The notes beneath the pieces are model-generated. The model made no database searches. It was given only the letters and a program-made list of their open reading frames with translations, and was not told the DNA's origin. From assembly GCA_964016885.1 (NCBI GenBank), contig OZ024740.1, positions 194,556,001 to 194,620,000 of the forward strand: a DNA stretch of 64,000 nt, written 5' to 3'. This stretch comes from Eledone cirrhosa (Eukaryota). Shown here in pieces: positions 61,341 through 64,000 of the stretch. Numbering within the stretch: position 1 is the first letter of the stretch; every line of letters starts with the position of its first letter. A program made the position numbers and the translations under genes.

Positions 61341-61698
61341 GTGATGAAGGTGATATCCTGATAAACTATAATATGTATCCAATCAAGTGTTTACGTTTCT
61401 TTCTGTCATTTTTAGAAACAAATAATAACAATAATAACAATGATGTATACTTCATGATCATAACGAACAAAAATAATAATATAATATATCTCATATTTAT
61501 AAACTAAGTGAAACATCCATTGTTCAATTACGATATTCGAGGTATATTTTCACACGTGAAGTTTCAATGTTCAAAATTGTACAAATAAATCAGTCACACA
61601 CACATGTACACCAGTTCTGAACACAGAAGAACCAAACTGCCACTGTGACTGCCTCCGTCTCTCCCGTTCGCCCCATCTCTCATTATTATGAGCATGAG

Positions 61699-61866
61699 TT
61701 GGCAGTATCGGTTGAGGGTTGGCCGCCAGGCTTTGACGCATAGAGTTACGGCCCTTACCATTCTGAGTTCAAATCCCGCCGAGGTTAACTTTGCCTTTCA
61801 TCCTTACGGGGTCGATAAAATACACTGGAAAATTGCTGGCCTTGTGCCAAAAGTAGAAACGATTAT
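61699..61866 (+). mobile_element. tRNA-derived SINE, family 1
   Basis: TGGCAGTATCGG (box A-like), GAGTTCAAATCC (box B) and the family body. Confidence 0.8.
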
Positions 61867-62099
61867 TATGAGCAAATGAGGGCCCACATCGTTCAATGTT
61901 TTGTTGTTGTGTAGCTTCAGACCAACCCTAAATCAGTAGTCCTATGGCCCGTAGATAACAGGTTTAATGATGAGACGGGGCCACCAAGCTTTTCAGTTAT
62001 ATTATGCCTCTATCTAGCTAAGGACTATATTGTACACTCCGACATTTAATTTATGGGATGTAGTGCGACTCTTGAACATATTGAATTCCTACTTTCTGC

Positions 62100-64000
62100 T
62101 ATCCTCTCTACACCTGTAGGATTCGTGTTGAGGTGGAAAATATAAACTCAATCAAAGCTGACATCTGCTGTTTCTCTAAACCTCTCTGAAAGTGTTGTTA
62201 TTGTGCATTACATTGACTGGTCAGCCTAACAAGTGTATTTTATTGTTTCGTAAGTGGGTATTGAGTATTTCTGTATGTATGTGTATCGGGAATTGGAGTT
62301 AAAAGCTTTGCTAACGTTGACAGTGGCTGGAATGGTACATGTATGAGGATTTTGTCGAATCTATCGTGTATTTAGTGTGTTAGTTTTGAAATGGTATATT
62401 CTAAATCCGTGTTATGATTTTAAAAGACAGTATTTAGGTTGTGATGTCAACGATTATTATCCTTTCTATATTTTTTTTTAATTGAGCATAGATGGCTAAT
62501 TGTTCTTTATGGTGTTACTTTTCTTGTGTTTTTATAATGATACATAATGAAATTATTGTGTACAGTGCTCTATTATTGTGTACAGTGCACTACAACTCAT
62601 CAAAGGTGCATGTATAGTATAGAATAATGTACAAATGTCAGGAAAATGAACTGTGTACGAATCATGAAATACATGTGTGCGTGTGTATGGAGGGGGGACA
62701 TCAGGTGTAGTGTTGGCGAATCAGTGATGATGGAATCTGTTTCTAGATTATGTACGACTTTACTCTGCTTCTTGAATTGTATAGTATTTGTATGAGTAAT
62801 TGTAGATTGGTAAGTGGCGTGATTCTCTCAGTCTCTAGATGTTTTATGTGTATTATTCTGTTAATTTGTTTAGCCTTGAGGCATTTGGGATTTTTTAGAT
62901 TTCCTGGTTGTTGTTTGGGTGGCTGGGGAATACATGGATCCAAATTGCAGTGATGATGGAAGATGTGTTGTTTTTGTTTTGTATTTCTGTCTGCTTTGTG
63001 TGCTTTTATCACTGATTTTCGAGAAAGGAATGTATGATGAGAAAGTTTAGTTTGTTACAATGTGAGTACGTTATTTGAAGTTGTTTTTGAAACATAAAGT
63101 GAGGTGTGCCAGTTGTTTTTATTAATCATTAGTCTATATAGTGTTTTTCTTTTAGTTTTGCTGGATACACACGTTTGTCAGCTTTCTGTTGGATACAGTT
63201 TATTTATTATATTTCCTTGCTATTTTGCTGCATGCTAAGTTTTATTTCGTTTGCCACTGTTTCCACCAAGATTCGCTATATTTGTTGTTTAATTAGAGTT
63301 ATATATTGTTTTGTGAATGTTGCTTTTTGTGTCTGTAATCATTTTGTTGCTGCGGTGTCTATGTCGGTAATTGGGTTGTTGAATTGTAAAAGGTTTTTAT
63401 TCAGTTTCTTGGTGGAAGATATTCCGTTAAGGTGATTTTCAGGTTTGTAAAAGTGTTTTTGCATACTCCATAAATGTGCAGATGTGCTGTAATGTTAATT
63501 GGTTGGTGGTCGGAGGAATGTTAAGGAATAGTTGAAACTGATTGCTGTAGCTAGGTATGAGAAACAGAAAGGGGTGTCATGGAAGTGTTGTTCCGTCTCT
63601 ATACTATTTGAAAACCAGAAGTGTTGAATGCATTGACGTCTCTTCCAATTATGGTGTTTACGAGAGAGTTGAAAGGATTTAGTTAGGTTCCGTAACGTGG
63701 CGAGAGCTTGCTAAGGTTGGATCTGCCAGATATACGCTTCTTATTAACATGCTTTGCGTTGCTAGTTTATAATTTGAATGGATGCCTTTTAGTGTAGTAT
63801 CATTTCTTATTAGATAATGAATACCATTTGTCATATCGGTACACTGCATAAACGTTTTTGTGTATGCTATAAGATTAGTCCTGTTGTAAAAGGATCTGCC
63901 TAGTCTGACTGGAATATAATTTGAAATGGTGGATGTTCTGAATGAATATCATGGGTAACGATAAAATCGTTGTTTTTTTTTATAAGGTGTTTTCTGTATC
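62100..64000 (-). pseudogene. Old decayed LINE (AP-endonuclease and RT remnants)
   Basis: Minus strand TIIGRDVNA near 63640 and NVSKAFNS near 62300; many stops. Confidence 0.45.

Overview
AT-rich, repeat-saturated eukaryotic DNA. The tRNA-SINE families and (TA)n density suggest a cephalopod such as octopus; this is an inference. No host protein-coding gene is supportable, and most listed ORFs are translations of (TA)n, (CA)n or (GA)n microsatellites. From about 4.8 to 46.5 kb, (TA)n arrays alternate with roughly 20 inserts. These are 5'-truncated Penelope-like retroelements (PLEs: four Naiad-type RT/GIY-YIG bodies and one 4.4-kb palindrome of another PLE clade) and non-coding units of 0.2-1.3 kb. 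Most are fold-backs whose two outer ends are both element 3' ends abutting (TA)n. At least ten distinct families carry minimal type I hammerhead ribozymes, two with a compensatory U3-A8 core and several with long stem II inserts. Several form 415-680 nt tandem, retrozyme-like units, and two of these keep an octamer motif upstream of the ribozyme. Unrelated families share a 3' tail hairpin (ACTC...GAGT, once GCTC...GAGC) at whose base the shorter arm ends. The rest is RTE and CR1-group LINE relics, tRNA-derived SINEs and a Helitron-like end. All folds and alignments were read by eye, so coordinates are approximate to a few bases.
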